Below are positions 1-12,774 of a stretch of 64,000 nt of DNA, in pieces. The notes below the pieces were generated by a model. The model was not told where the DNA came from. It worked only from the letters and a program-made list of their open reading frames with translations, and did not search any database. The DNA comes from Mobula birostris (lineage: Eukaryota): contig NC_092381.1 of NCBI RefSeq assembly GCF_030028105.1, forward strand, positions 54,214,505 through 54,278,504, read 5' to 3'. Numbering within the stretch: the first letter of the stretch is position 1; the number at the start of each line of letters is the position of its first letter. A program made the translations under genes and the position numbers.

Positions 1-289
1 CTGTTTCTGAGGGGGAGGGGACTGGGAAATAGTATTGGCCTGAGGGCCAATGTAGACTCAGTATGCCAAACAGCCTCTTTCTAAGAGCAACATATGAGCA
101 ATTCTTCTCTAGGTTAGGTTTAACATTCAGGATTTTTTTTCACTAGATCGGAAATTCAAGTCCAAAACACAAAGAGTATTCCATCCCTGTGGAAAATGGG
201 AAGGGAAGGGAAAGGAGAGTATCAACAAGAAACCAAAGATGTGTACGCAAAGATATGTAGGCAAAAAAAAATGTGTAGGCACAGCCTCA

Positions 290-535
290 GAATTGAAGGA
301 TGTCCCTTTAGAACAGAGATGAGGAGGAATTTTTTCACCAGACAGGTGTGGAGGCCAAGCCATTGGGCATATTTAAAGTGAAGGTTGATAGGTTCTTGAT
401 TAGTCGGGGCGTTGAAGGTTATGGAGTGAAGGCAGGAGAATGGGTTTGAGAGGGATAATAAATCAGTCAAGATAGAATGGTGGAGCAGATGTAATGGGCT
501 GAATGGCCTAATTCTTTTCCTATGTCTTATGGTCA
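290..535 (+). mobile_element. CR1 LINE 3' end fragment
   Basis: GHSLRIEGCPFRTEMRRNFFTRQV end-of-ORF2 motif plus 3' UTR atgggctgaatggcctaattct...tcttatggtc shared with other copies in the window. Confidence 0.8.
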
Positions 536-1179
536 AAGCCAATCCACTATAGACACAGGGAAGAGGTGGAATGTCATGTCATTTTGAAAATTGCTCAAAA
601 AATTACTTTTGTATCGAATTTAACAAAAAGTCTCACAAAGATCACTTCCTCTGGTAATGGATAAAGAAATACATTCACTCTGTATCACTTTATTAAGAAG
701 ACCTTACAATGAAGCAATGTTTGTGTCATAAATTCATCCCGTTTTATGAGCAATAGAATCATATGGGGTAAAGATTGACTTTGATCACTAGGGCCAAGAT
801 TGTACAAGAGCTTTGGCATTCACTTGTACTCATTTCCACACATTCACTTTGCTTGGCTGATGCTTTCCCATGTATTTTTCAATGCTAACAGCCAGAGAGA
901 CTCTTCCACTACAGAAAGAAAGCTGTTCTTATAAAAGCTCCTTAAAAGACCTGTCCAGTATAATTCTAATCCCATTTTTTCTCTCCATAAATTAGACCGT
1001 AATGACCATTTCTAAATGTCTTTTGAATATTTCTGTGAAAATTCTTTCATCCCTGATTTTAACAACCTCTTCAAACTTGCTCTTTTCAATTACTGTACAT
1101 CCATAATACTTGGCTTTTGACTTTCTTGTAAGGCGAAAGAAATTCACATTTCATGCTTTTTCTTCAGAGAAGACCTTAC

Positions 1180-1320
1180 CTTGTATCTTCAATGAAAAGC
1201 AATACCAGCTTCTCCAATGTCTCCAAATTATTGAAGTCTATCATCTTTGAAATGACAGCCTCATCTATATCTTCGCTAAGCCATAAAGATTTGTGATGCC
1301 CCTTGTAAGCAATACTCCGG
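1180..1320 (-). other. Candidate coding exon of an unidentified minus-strand gene (RSIAYKGHHKSLWLSEDIDEAVISKMIDFNNLETLEKLVLLFIEDT)
   Basis: ggttttcag acceptor, AG|GTAAGG donor, 141 nt symmetric phase 2, only one open frame, non-repetitive. Confidence 0.5.
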
Positions 1321-2365
1321 CTGAAAACCAAATCATTGATTTTTAAAGATTTAGGCTTTCTCTCTTTCTTTATCATCAACATTCCTATTTACTGAGTAAT
1401 GCATCTCACATGCTTTCTCAACAGCCTCATGAACCCCTTCAGAAACTTATTCATATACAGTACAACACCAGTTATTTATTCTTTTAAACCTGGCTCCCCC
1501 CTCTCCCTACCATGTCCCAGTTCCTCAAAATATTACAGTTCCTCAGTTCATTTCACCAAACTGTTTAGTTCCTTCTAAAAGCCCTTACTACATTGTCCAC
1601 TTTTATAACATTGGCAAGTTTCCTTAATCCACAAACTTAAAAATTGGACTCTCTCCACTCAAGCTCAGGACCCTTATAGACAAGAATAGTTGTCTATAGC
1701 CCTAATCTTTAGGGACCCCGCTGCATGCAATCCTTTACCCACGACTACTTTCTGATTCCTATCCCTTATCAATGATCTAGACTTGTTAAAAAATTTTACT
1801 TAATTCTATGTACCATTTGTCTCTACTTCTTGCTTCCTCGGTAAAACAGCCAGCATTATCAAAGATCAGACCCCTCCCAGATATTCTCTCTTTTCGCTTC
1901 TCCCAATGGGCAGAAGATGCAAAAGCTTAAAAATGCTTACCATCAATACACCAATTTATTTTTGAATAAATATTTTTTGTGACACTTATTCAAAGGCTCT
2001 TCTTACAGGTCAATTATTAGGTCTAACACTAACCTGCAATGCTGAAGGATTTTTTTCTATATACTGATCATTTCTTTTTCGGAAGAAATGTTCCCAAATT
2101 TTCTTTGGTACATTGAAAATATTGCCCTTTGCCCTACTCACACAGTTAAAATAGCTTTAATGTTATTTTTCAGTTCTGTTTAATTTCCCACATAATTCTG
2201 CAAAGCTGTCTCTCAGACATATTTCAATGATAGTAAGTCTAAAACTTGGTCTGAATTTCTAAAATTAGACTCACCCCTGCACTACTTCTAATTCAATATA
2301 CTATATAATATAAAGTAGTTTCTCTGTAATTAAGTTGAAGAAATCACCACAAATTTTGGTATATA

Positions 2366-2886
2366 CACTCAGTGGTCACTCTACAGGAGGTATGTTCATG
2401 GTCTTCTGCTGTTGTAGCCCATCAACCTTCAAGGTTCAATGTGTTGTGCATTCAGTAATGTCCTTCTGCACACTAACTGTTCTAATGCATTTTTTTTTTG
2501 AGTTACTGTCACCTTTCTGTCAGCTTAAACCAGTCTGACCATTCTCATCTGATCTCCTTTATTAACAAGATATTTTTGTCCACAGAACTGCCATTCACTG
2601 GATCCATTTTCTGTAAACTCTAGAGATTGCTGTGTGAAAATCCCAGGGGATCAGCAGTTTCTGAGATACCCAAACCACCTCATCTAGCACCAACAATCAT
2701 TCCATGGTCAAAGTCACTTAGATCACATTTCTTCCCCATTCTGATGTTTGTTCTGATCAACAACTGAATCTCTTGACCATGTCTGCATGTTTTTATGCAC
2801 TGAGTTGCTGCCGTGCATTTGACTGATTAGATATTTGAATTAACCAGCAGGTGTCTAGGTTGACCTAATAAAGTGGCCACTGAGTG
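2366..2886. mobile_element. Tc1/mariner non-autonomous element
   Basis: TIRs CACTCAGTGG(T/C)CACT...AGTGGCCACTGAGTG flanked by TA on both sides. Confidence 0.8.
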
Positions 2887-5341
2887 TAGTTTTGTACCGA
2901 AATGGTAGAACATTGGACATATCTGTGCTATAATAACCGTAGTTTCATAGCACCTACATGTCAGAAGTCTATATTCCTGATATGTAATTGAGTCACCTGT
3001 TGTTGAGATGCGAGATTTCAGCCAGGCTTATACTGTGAAATTTGTTTCCTAAATCTCCTCACCTCACTTCCCTTCTTTAGGACAATTTCTGTGAAATATC
3101 TTGAATTATGTTGCTGCAACTGATCAGCATTGACTACTTCTGAAAATTGGCAGATGTCTATTGGTGAATAAGTCCTTGAAAGATGTATTGTTTTATTCAC
3201 TTAACCCAGGAACATTGTCTATTGTACATTTTGATAACTCTGTAACACATCTGAAGCATTGCATGATCCTCTTTCCAAAATAATTTGATGATTGCACAGT
3301 TATGACTTAAAAATCAAGCAAAACTTCCAAGAAGAACATAGCAAAACTAGCCCCTACTAATAGATTTATGTTCAACAGCTTTAATCTTATAACTGAATAG
3401 AATATTTCAATTAATGAGATAGATTTATGTATGTCAGAAAGAAATCAAGAAAAGGATAAATTTCTTTTGACTATTGTTACTCATACTTAGAATGTCCTTT
3501 TAAAAACATGTCAGTATTAAAGATACTTATGTCTAAATTTAATTCAATTTTACACTGTAACATCTGTATCTAAAAGTGATTTATGAATATTTGTTTTGGG
3601 TTCAGTCGGATTTGTTTTGGGTTCAGTAGGATCTACCAAATAAAATTGTGATTATGGTTGAACTTTGTATGTAAAGTGGGAGATTTCTATACAATCTACA
3701 CAGGTTTTGAAATTCTTTATCAACATCAAGCACAATGTTGTCGGGTACTGTACTGGCAAATTTCCCTTAAGTAAACACCTATACACATGTAAACATTGCT
3801 TTCAATATACCTTTCCAATATGAATTATCATTTTCTAACTTATCACCCTAAGGCCTTTCTAGGCGAGACTGCCTATTTTTGTGGATACTGGTTATGCTGC
3901 ATGTATTAGGTCCTTCTTATGGAGAGTCCAAATTTGTTTCGAAAAGAATCCTCACAGTTATCATTCCAGCAACTGGAATAAGATTCAATCCCATATTCTA
4001 GGGATGAATAACAATGAATAACAATGAAACTCAAAGTCCTTAGTTTACATTCTGTAATAGTAATAGAAAGATCCACCTACTGTGGGATATTCCAGGTTTA
4101 AATTGACTGTCAGTGACAATTACTGTGATATCAATTAACAAGAAATAATTTGGGGGATTTTCACACAGAGGTCAAAGAATGTTTGTTATTTTGGTTTCAG
4201 TTGTCCACAAGCATTCAAAGCTGTAATGGAGATGTTAGCCTGAGTATTAACATGGTCAGGTTACAAGAAATGGGTGGGGGGGGGCGGGGGGAGGGAGATT
4301 TAGAGTGGAAAACCCACATGCTGTGAGCCCTTTATCCTGACAGCTTCCCTGACTGGAAGTCAAATGACAATTTTAAAACACCTACAGATTTGGGAAATCT
4401 GAAACAAAAACAGAAAGTGTCCCATAAATCATCAGCAGGTCAGGCAACATTGGGAAATGTTTCAGGTCTAAGCCCCTTCGCCTTTCCAAGATTTTGCCTG
4501 AACCACTGAGTATTTTCAGCATTTTCTGTTTTACTCAGTGGTCAGCAGTATGCTTTTCAGTTGGATGGTGATAGAGTGGTGGGTGGGGGAAAGGGTCTTT
4601 GGAATATTTCATAAAAGCATTGAGCAAGGGGGAGAAAGGGCAGGGTAAAAATGTGCTTCAGTTCTTGTAGAGTTAATGTAAAGGAAGGATCTTACAGAAA
4701 TAGAATAGAGATAGTAATAGAAAACTGGAACTGCAAGAAATTAGCATAATATATGGGATAATAATCAATACTGTATGCATTATTCTAAATTGACAATCCA
4801 TTGCCACAGTAAGAATTCTGCCAGATGCACAATTTCTTGAATGAAAATTTAAACAAAGGACCCTTCTAGGTTTTAAATAGATTATAAAAGGTTCAATAGC
4901 ATTGTTCATACAATGACTATTTTAGTCAACACTTAGGGTACGTCCACACTACGCCGGATAATTTTGAAAACGAAGCTTTTTCTCTTCGTTTTGCCCTTCC
5001 GTCCACACTGACCCGGCGTTTTCAGCCCCCGAAAACGGAGATTTTCGAAAACACTCTCCAGAGTGAATAAATCTGAAAACGCTTAATATCCGGCGTAGTG
5101 TGTACGGGATAACTAGAGAGATTTAAAAACGTTGTCATGACAAGACAACAACAATGCTTTTTTCTGCTTCTGCTTGGTACTGCGCAAGCACTGCCGTACT
5201 GCTGTTATAACGCGCAGTCGGTGTGAACGGCGTGAGAGTTAAATTGTAAAGGAGCTTTTTTGACTATTTAAAAACGCTGTCATGACGTGCCGGAACAGAC
5301 ATTCGTTGTTTTAACAACGAAGTGAAGAAATGAATAAGTAT

Positions 5342-6396
5342 CACACATCAAAGTTGCTGGTGAACGCAGCAGGCCAGGCAGCATCTCTAGGAAGAGGTGC
5401 AGTCGACGTTTCAGGCCGAGACCCTTCGTCAGGACTAACTGAAGGAAGAGTGAGTAAGAGATTTGAAAGTTGGAGGGGGAGGGGGAGATACAAAATGATA
5501 GGAGAAGACAGGAGGGGGAGGGATGGAGCCAAGAGCTGGACAGGTGATTGGCAAAAGGGATAGGAGAGGATCATGGGACAGGAGGCCCGGGAAGAAAGAC
5601 AAGGAGGCGGGGGGGGGGGGACCCAGAGGATGGGCAAGGGGTATATTCAGAGGGACAGAGGGAGAAAAAGGAGAGTGAGAGAAAGAATGTGTGTATAAAA
5701 ATAAGTAACAGATGGGGTACGAGGCGAGACCCGGCGCAGACTGGGAGACCGCTTTGCTGAACACCTATGCTCTGTCCAGAGGATCTCCCAGTGCCCACAC
5801 ATTTTAATTCCACATCCCATTCCCATTCTGACATGTCTATCCACGGCCTCCTCTACTGTAAAGATGAAGCCACACTCAGGTTGGAGGAACAACACCTTAT
5901 ATTCCGTCTGGGTAGCCTCCAACCTGATGGCATGAACATCGACTTCTCTAACTTCCGCTAATGCCCCACCTCCCCCTCGTACCCCATCTGTTACTTATTT
6001 TTATACACACATTCTTTCTCTCACTCTCCTTTTTCTCCCTCTGTCCCTCTGAATATACCCCTTGCCCATCCTCTGGGTCCTCCCTCCCCGCCTCCTTGTC
6101 TTTCTTCCCGGGCCTCCTGTCCCATGATCCTCTCCTATCCCTTTTGCCAATCACCTGTCCAGCTCTTGGCTCCATCCCTCCCCCTCCTGTCTTCTCCTAT
6201 CATTTTGGATCTCCCCCTCCCCCTCCAACTTTCAAATCTCTTACTCACTCTTCCTTCAGTTAGTCCTGACAAAGGGTCTCGGCCTGAAACGTCGACTGCA
6301 CCTCTTCCTAGAGATGCTGCCTGGCCTGCTGCGCTCACCAGCAACTTTATTGTGCGTTGCTTGAATTTCCAGCATCTGCAGAATTCCTGTTGTAAG
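5342..6396 (+). mobile_element. Penelope-like element: inverted terminal repeat + GIY-YIG 3' fragment + terminal repeat
   Basis: GIY-YIG C-terminus (ETRRRLGDRFAEHL...THFNSTSHSHSDM...EEQHLIFRLGSLQPDGMN); ~380-bp inverted arms 5342-5724 and 5975-6357; TSD TGAATAAGTAT at 5331-5341 and 6397-6407. Confidence 0.88.
5401..5436 (-). ncRNA. Minimal type-I hammerhead ribozyme motif in a Penelope-like terminal repeat
   Basis: Minus strand reads AGTC-CTGACGA-AGG gtctcgg CCT-GAAA-CG-TC^GACT: helix I AGUC/GACU, intact CUGANGA and GAAA core, helix II AGG/CCU, palindromic ACGU helix III, GUC cleavage triplet. Confidence 0.75.
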
Positions 6397-9300
6397 TGAA
6401 TAAGTATACTCACTTCGCCCTGTTTTCTGTCCTTGCTTGTATGAAGGTGGTTTACCTATTTATGCAAGTACTTCTCTGATAATAGATGTGTAACAGCCTA
6501 ATGTAACATTGTATGGAAATACAAGATAACGCTGATGCAGACGTTTTATACATTTAACAAGGTGCTTTATTAATGCAACAGAGTTAGTTTTTCAATGTTC
6601 GTCGTCAGCCGGGTCATACTGTCCGTGAACTCCCTGTCGGTTGCCTCCATACGCTCCAGTATTTGTTTTTTTTTTAAGTTTAAGTCCTCCTGCGCGACAG
6701 CCAAGAGCAATTCCTTTAAAGTTTTTCTACTCTGTAACTGGACAAACGCGCACTAAGTATATCGTTTCCTCTTCGCTTGTTTTCTGTGTGTCCTGCGCAT
6801 GCACAATAGGAGGAGATTCGCCCAAATATTCGCCTAATGTGGACGGAGATATTTTGAAAAACGCTTAGTGTGGACGCCTGTCGTTTTTACTCGAAACCGG
6901 CGTTTTCAAAATTAACCGGCATAGTGTAGACGTAGCCCTAGTTTTAAATTCATCACCTCAAATAATCCAGGCAATTACACTTTGCTGATTTTCACACTTT
7001 GTTGATTACAAATTGGCTGCAACTTTTCCCTTCTTTGTAACATTGGCCACATTTCAAAGGTAATTGATTGGGTGTGAAGGACTTTGGGATATTAAAGGTG
7101 TCAACTGGTTTCAGCTCCAGGACCTGGTTTGAAGTGCTTTAAGGAAAGTGTGTGACTGAAGAAACCAGTGATTTAAACACAATTTTGATTTCATATAAGT
7201 GCTTATCTAAAAGGTCTGAAGTATTAGGAATAGGAGAATACTGATTATTAATGCAAGGGAAAGTTGATTTTAGATCAGAATATGATGGCCAAGAATTTCT
7301 TCAAGGCCTGCTGTGATGTTTTAGAGTCACTGCATGGTGGGTCAAGCTTTGGTCAATGTTCCATTCAAGTACTTTTTGTGCTGCAGCAATGCAGTGTGTA
7401 CAAAGGAAATAAGGAGCGCCCACAAATGGAGAGTCCCACAAATTCTAGGGAGAGTCACGGATCAGAAGGGAGGTTCTTTAGGGTGGTTGGATGTCAGTCA
7501 CTGGTGGTGCTGTTGGGATGGGGGAAGGTTGTGATTTTGGGCAGGGTGAGGTCTGGTGATCAAACCAGGTCGTGCAAGTTTGAGTCAGAGTAGGTGTCAG
7601 GACTATGGGTGTTTTGACGGCGAGCCAGTAGGTAAAGGTTAAAGACAGTCCTGTTGAGTCAGATTCTTAGTAACAGGCTGGAGGAAACCCGTTCGAAGAA
7701 ATCTGAAGACGGAGGCCTCAAGGATACTGAATAAGCCTGGGCTACTGTAAAATATACAGGCCAAACAAGCACAAATGAAGTTCTGGAAATGTTTCCTAGA
7801 CAAACCATGTCTCTCTCATAAATTACACTCATTTAATTCTACATGTACAAGGCAGCATTTTATGAGGTACTTCATTTGCAAATGAAGAGGAGAGTAATGA
7901 CAATCATTCACTGTTCTCCTGTGAGGTAATTATTCAGTGATAAAAGGTTAGGCATTACTTGGTGAGCTGGGAAAACCAAATTCATTTAACTTTACTGATC
8001 ACAATATCCTCTCCTCCATATGCAAAGCACAATGAGACCAAAAAGACAGATTAATAGTTTGGCACAGACTAGATGGACCAAAAGGCCTTTTTCTGTGCTG
8101 TAGTGTATGACTCTATGACTCTAAAAAATTAATCTCTAGCAAATATCCAAATGATTTCTGACAAATAAACTCCTGATTAATTCACTCCATTTAATATAAC
8201 CGTCTCTGAAAGTCACTTCATTACAAGATAAACAAACAGATGAAAGACCATTAGCTTAGTGCAAGTTATGTGATTTCTTTCCAAGCATGTTAAATGTGTA
8301 TTGAACTACTCTATAGTATATGAAGCTTTATAAATTCAACACAACTGCAAATTGTTGTTCTGATAAAGCCATAACATTGCAAAAAAGATACAACCTCAGT
8401 TAGGTCATACCAGGACCCCACAGACTGATGCTGACAAATATTCTGATAATGGGTCTGTGACTGGAGATTGTAGGTCCAATTCGTTAACTCTAATGGTATG
8501 TTATTCTAACTTTTTTTTCAATGATCTTGCACTGTGTAAATAAAACTCTGTTTATTTTTTGCAATATTTTGATAATTATCAAACAATGAATAGGTGCATT
8601 CCAATTGTAGAACTGACTTTGCTAGAATTTTGCAAAACCTCAATCAGTAACTCAGGGATGCCAGATTTGACTCCATAAACACAGCGGGGAAGGATTCTGA
8701 TCAATAGAAGGGTTTAGTATTGAACTAGTTACAAAATCCAGGAACATCTTTCCTTCCCTGAAGAGATATCTACAGCAGCTCCCAAATATCTGTCTTGTTG
8801 GGTGAAAGTTTTGGTTTTTCAAGGTCCCTCAATATTTTGAAACAATGCCACCATTTTCAAATCAATAGTGCTGACATTATGAGAGCAAACCGCCAGCACA
8901 ACCTGTGCTGACAACACTGCATAAATATTAAAAATCCAAAATTTCACTTTTTCTTAAATCATTTCCAGAAATTTCTTGAACAATCATTGATGTGAGCGCC
9001 CACTACTCAGGACATTTGTACTTGAACTTCATATCTGTCAGCCCTTTAGCACCTGACACAAGACTGTTAAGGTGGAAAAAAGGTGGTAAATTTCATTTAC
9101 CTACTCCAACATTGTAAGCTTTACAGAAATCCACTGGAAGTTCAGCTTTTGATTTTATGTAATTTAGCCTTGAGAAGGAAAGAAAATTACAGTGGTAGTG
9201 AAAGACTGCAGTCTGTGAATGTGTTAACTGAAGACTGTGACAGTAATGGGTTCCATGTACCACACCCCTCTTGTTTCATTTCCTTCCTGTGTTGCAACAG

Positions 9301-10204
9301 TGATAGACAGCACTGCAGTATGAGTTCATTGACATTTATGCCCAGTTTGTGGAAGAACTATAGAAATTGCAAGGCCTGGACTGGGTCTAGTAGCACATGG
9401 AAGAATGACACTGAGACTGAGGTAGCTGCGAAAAGATCTGAATTAGCTGAAGTCGGTCTGGGCTGGGATAAAGTTTGAGATGTAGCTTGGGGCACAGCTC
9501 TAGGACTGGACTGGGAATGGGGTTGAGCATTAGCTGCAGTTGAAGCTGGCATTGAACCAGGGTAGTGTCTGAGCTCAGTCAAGGGCTGGATCTGAGCTCA
9601 GGTTTAACCAATCCCCAGCCCGAACTAGAAGTCCAGATTTAATCTGGGATTTAGCCAGAGCTTGGATGGAATTTGGCTCTAGCTGATCCTGAAACCAGGT
9701 TTAGTCAGGGACATAAAACATGAAACAAAGCTGAAATATAGTCCGGACTATATCTAACCGAGATTTAGTTGGTGCTAGACAGAGGTCTAAACCGACCTTT
9801 AGCCTAGGCTGTGGTTGTCGTAAACTGGGGTTTTCCTTTAGCTGAATCTGTAGCTGACATTTAACTGACATGAGCTGGATCAGGGTGTCAAACAGGCGGG
9901 GGAGTTTGAGAATGAAAGTGTTCTGTGAACCATGCCAAATTCTGTAAGTCCCACACGTGTGACCACTTCTTCTGTGACATCACAGATAAAATGCCTCCAT
10001 TCACATCTAATGAACAACATTTAACAGATATGAATGCTTTGATTTCCCTTGACCAGCTTTTCATTGGCAAGTTGACATTACTGTATGTTATAATATTTCT
10101 TCCTGCACCATCAATGAGTTTAATGTGAAATTGAGGGTTCACCAGCCCCTTACACTCAGTTCTCTTGCAGCATATGGACTGGGTTTTACTCCACAATAGA
10201 ACTA

Positions 10205-11480
10205 AAGTTCGAAGTAAATTTATTATCGAAGTACATATATGTCACCATATACTGTACAACCCTGAGATTCATTTTCTTGTGGGCATATTCGGCTGGTGGC
10301 GTAGTGGCATCAGAGTCGGTCTTCGGGATGAAAGGTCTCGAGTTCGAATCCAGCCGGCTCCCCTGCACGCTTTCCATCTGTGCTGGGTGATCTCTTTGGA
10401 AGAAGGCAATGGCAAACCACTGCTGTAACTTGCCTTGTGCGTGGTTCCCCACTACGTCAGAGAGGCGCGGAGGGAAATCGTCCGCTAACCAGGGAAACTC
10501 CGGATGCGACGTACCTTTCCTTTCCTTTATATTCAATAACTCCAGTAACCCATAATAGAATCAATGAAAAACCACACCAACAGGATGGTCAACCAGTGTG
10601 CAAAAGACAACAAACTGTGCAAATACGAAAAGATAAAAAAGAAGCAATATCAATAATAATAATAAGCAATAAATTATGAGAACATGAGATGAAGAATCCT
10701 TGAAAGTGAGTCCTTAGGTTGTAGGAACAGTTCAGTGTTGGGGCAGATGAAGTTTCCCTTCTGGTTCAGGAGCCTGGTGGTTGAAGAGTAATTACTGTTC
10801 CTCAAACCTAGTGATGTGAGTCCTGAGGCTCCTGCACCTTCTTCCTGATGGCAACAGTGAGAAGAGAGCATGATCTGAGTGTTGGGGTCCCGTGATGATG
10901 GATGCTGCTTTCCTATAACAATGCTCTGTGTAGGTATGTTCAATGGTCAGGAGGGCTTTAACTGTGAAGGACTAGGCCATATTCACTACTTTTTGTAGAA
11001 TTTTCCATTCAAAGGCATTGGTGTTTCCATAACCAGGCTGTGATGCAGCCAGTCAATATACTCTCCACCACACATCTACAGAAGTTTGTCAAAGTTTTAG
11101 ATGTCATGCTGAATCTTCGCAAACTTCTAAGGAAGTAGAGGCACTGCCGTGCTTTCTTTGTAATTGCACTTACATGCAGGGCCTAGAACAGGTTCTCTGA
11201 AATGATAACACCAAGGAATTTAAAGTTGCTAACCCTCTCCAGCTCTGATCCTCTGATGAGGACTGGTTCCTGGACCTCGGGTTTCCTTTGCCTGAAGTCA
11301 ATAATCAGCTCGTTGCTCTTGCTGACGTTGAGTAGGAGGTTGCTGTTGTGGCACCATTCAGCCAGAATTTCAATCTCTCCCGCATATGCTGATTCATCAC
11401 CACCTTTGATTTGGCTCACAACAATGATATGTATCATCAGCAAACTTAAATATGTCATTGGAGCTGTGCTCAGCCACACA
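10205..11480 (-). mobile_element. Rex1/Babar-like LINE 3' fragment
   Basis: Minus strand FKFADDT...DESAY.GEIEILAEWCHNSNLLLNVSKSNELIIDFR...FKFLGVIISENL. Confidence 0.8.
10291..10528 (+). mobile_element. tRNA-derived SINE nested in the LINE
   Basis: A box TGGCGTAGTGG, B box GTTCGAATCC, RTE-like tail segment GAAGGCAATGGCAAACCAC, (CCTTT)n end, TSD ATATTC at 10285-10290 and 10529-10534. Confidence 0.85.
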
Positions 11481-12049
11481 AGTCATTGGTGTAAAACTCC
11501 AATTACCATCAAATTCAGATTGAGAGACAGAATTAGTAGCGTTCAGGGTTTTCAGACAGAACCTGGTTCCAACCCAAATTACTGTCAACTTCAGCTGCGT
11601 GTAGTACTCAGAGCAGCACTGAAATTGCAATGTGAATGATCCTAAGCCCTACAAAGGGAGAAGAGCCTTGCTCTGTCCTTAGAACAAGATGGCAGGTGAT
11701 TGCTGTAATCAGCTCTGTGTGACTATGGCACTTGCTTTTTGAAAATTAATGGAAAGATTGGCCAAACATTCTGTTATAAAGTTTCTTGTCTTATATTTTA
11801 TAAATGCATTGATGTGGTGTTCTATCTTCATATAAGCAAGTTGTAGGTAGCAGTAAAAGTGGCTTTCTAACCAGGTGTGCATGGAGCGGGGATGCATGTG
11901 CCCACCACACAACAAGAAAAGTTGAACAACACCAGCCAGGATTAAATCGTGTGTGGCTTTTATCTAAGTTGGTTTACTATCATTAGCACAGGCTGGACAA
12001 ATGGGTACACTGGGAAACTCACAATTTGCTTCCAATTCAGGCAAGATGT

Positions 12050-12315
12050 AGAAAAGAGATGAGCAGGAGGAAATTCTTTAGCCAGAAGGTAAGGAATCTG
12101 TAGAATTCACCACCACATACAGCTGTGGAGATCAAGTCATTGGGTACATTTAAAGAGGAGGTTGGATAGGTTTTTAATTAGTAAGGCTATCAAAGAATAC
12201 AGGAAGAAGTCAGGAGAACGGGTTTGAGAGGATATAATAAATCAGCAATGATCAAATAGCAGAGCAGACTCAATGGGCTAAGTGGCCTAATTCTGCTCCC
12301 ATGTATTCTGGTCTA
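12050..12315 (+). mobile_element. CR1 LINE 3' end fragment
   Basis: Same 3' end as 290-535 and 60400-60657. Confidence 0.75.
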
Positions 12316-12689
12316 AAATATTTCAATGGGCTCGATCTATCAGATGGATACGCATCTGGTATCTGTTCTGGTGAAAAATGGAAATACCTTCTTACCATAA
12401 CCACTACATTCTTCTCAATGACAGAGGCCACTGAAAGAACCAAACAGTGGACTCAGTGATAGGTACATTCTGTAGCTGCGGTACCATGATGGAAAGGATT
12501 AGTAAAGCCAAACTTACTGGAATTTTAATTTTGCTATTCTAACCAATGGGCTGGTCCTGGAGTCCAGTGCCAAAGTGTGAACGCTGTCTCGAACTGATGC
12601 AAACTACCACACAGAATCTTAGCATTACAGATCAGGCTGGCCTTGGGGAGTAATCAATAGGTATTCACAAAAGATAAAGATGTACTTAC

Positions 12690-12774
12690 CATTGGGATCG
12701 GAGGCAGCAAATTCTGCCCATATATTTTCAAGCTGGTATGCTTCACCAATACAAGACTTAGTTAGATTTACCCA
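12690..12774 (-). other. Candidate exon of an unidentified minus-strand gene (WVNLTKSCIGEAYQLENIWAEFAASDPN)
   Basis: atcag acceptor, G|GTAAGT donor, open frame. Confidence 0.4.

Larger units (their letters stand above)
4936..6937. mobile_element. PIF/Harbinger-like non-autonomous DNA transposon, interrupted by a Penelope-like insertion
   Basis: ~37-bp TIRs GG(G/C)TACGTC(C/T)ACACTA(C/T)GCCGG(A/T)TAATTTTGAAAACG; flanks TTA/CTA; internal GAAAACG subterminal repeats; CpG retained. Confidence 0.75.

Noticed and set aside
3588-3630. 21-bp tandem duplication (similar small duplications at ~4005, ~45163-45237 and 47826/48411)
   Set aside because: Ordinary local slippage or duplication, with no spacer structure or functional context
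5330-6413. Dense stack of overlapping ORFs on both strands
   Set aside because: By-product of the purine/pyrimidine-skewed Penelope inverted repeat; the same peptides recur at 49250-49590 and 53960-54600
9420-9880. True immunoglobulin class-switch region
   Set aside because: No Ig constant exons nearby and the tract is far shorter than S regions
10291-10360. tRNA gene
   Set aside because: A/B boxes continue into a SINE body, tail and TSD; related heads recur at ~17500 and ~51800
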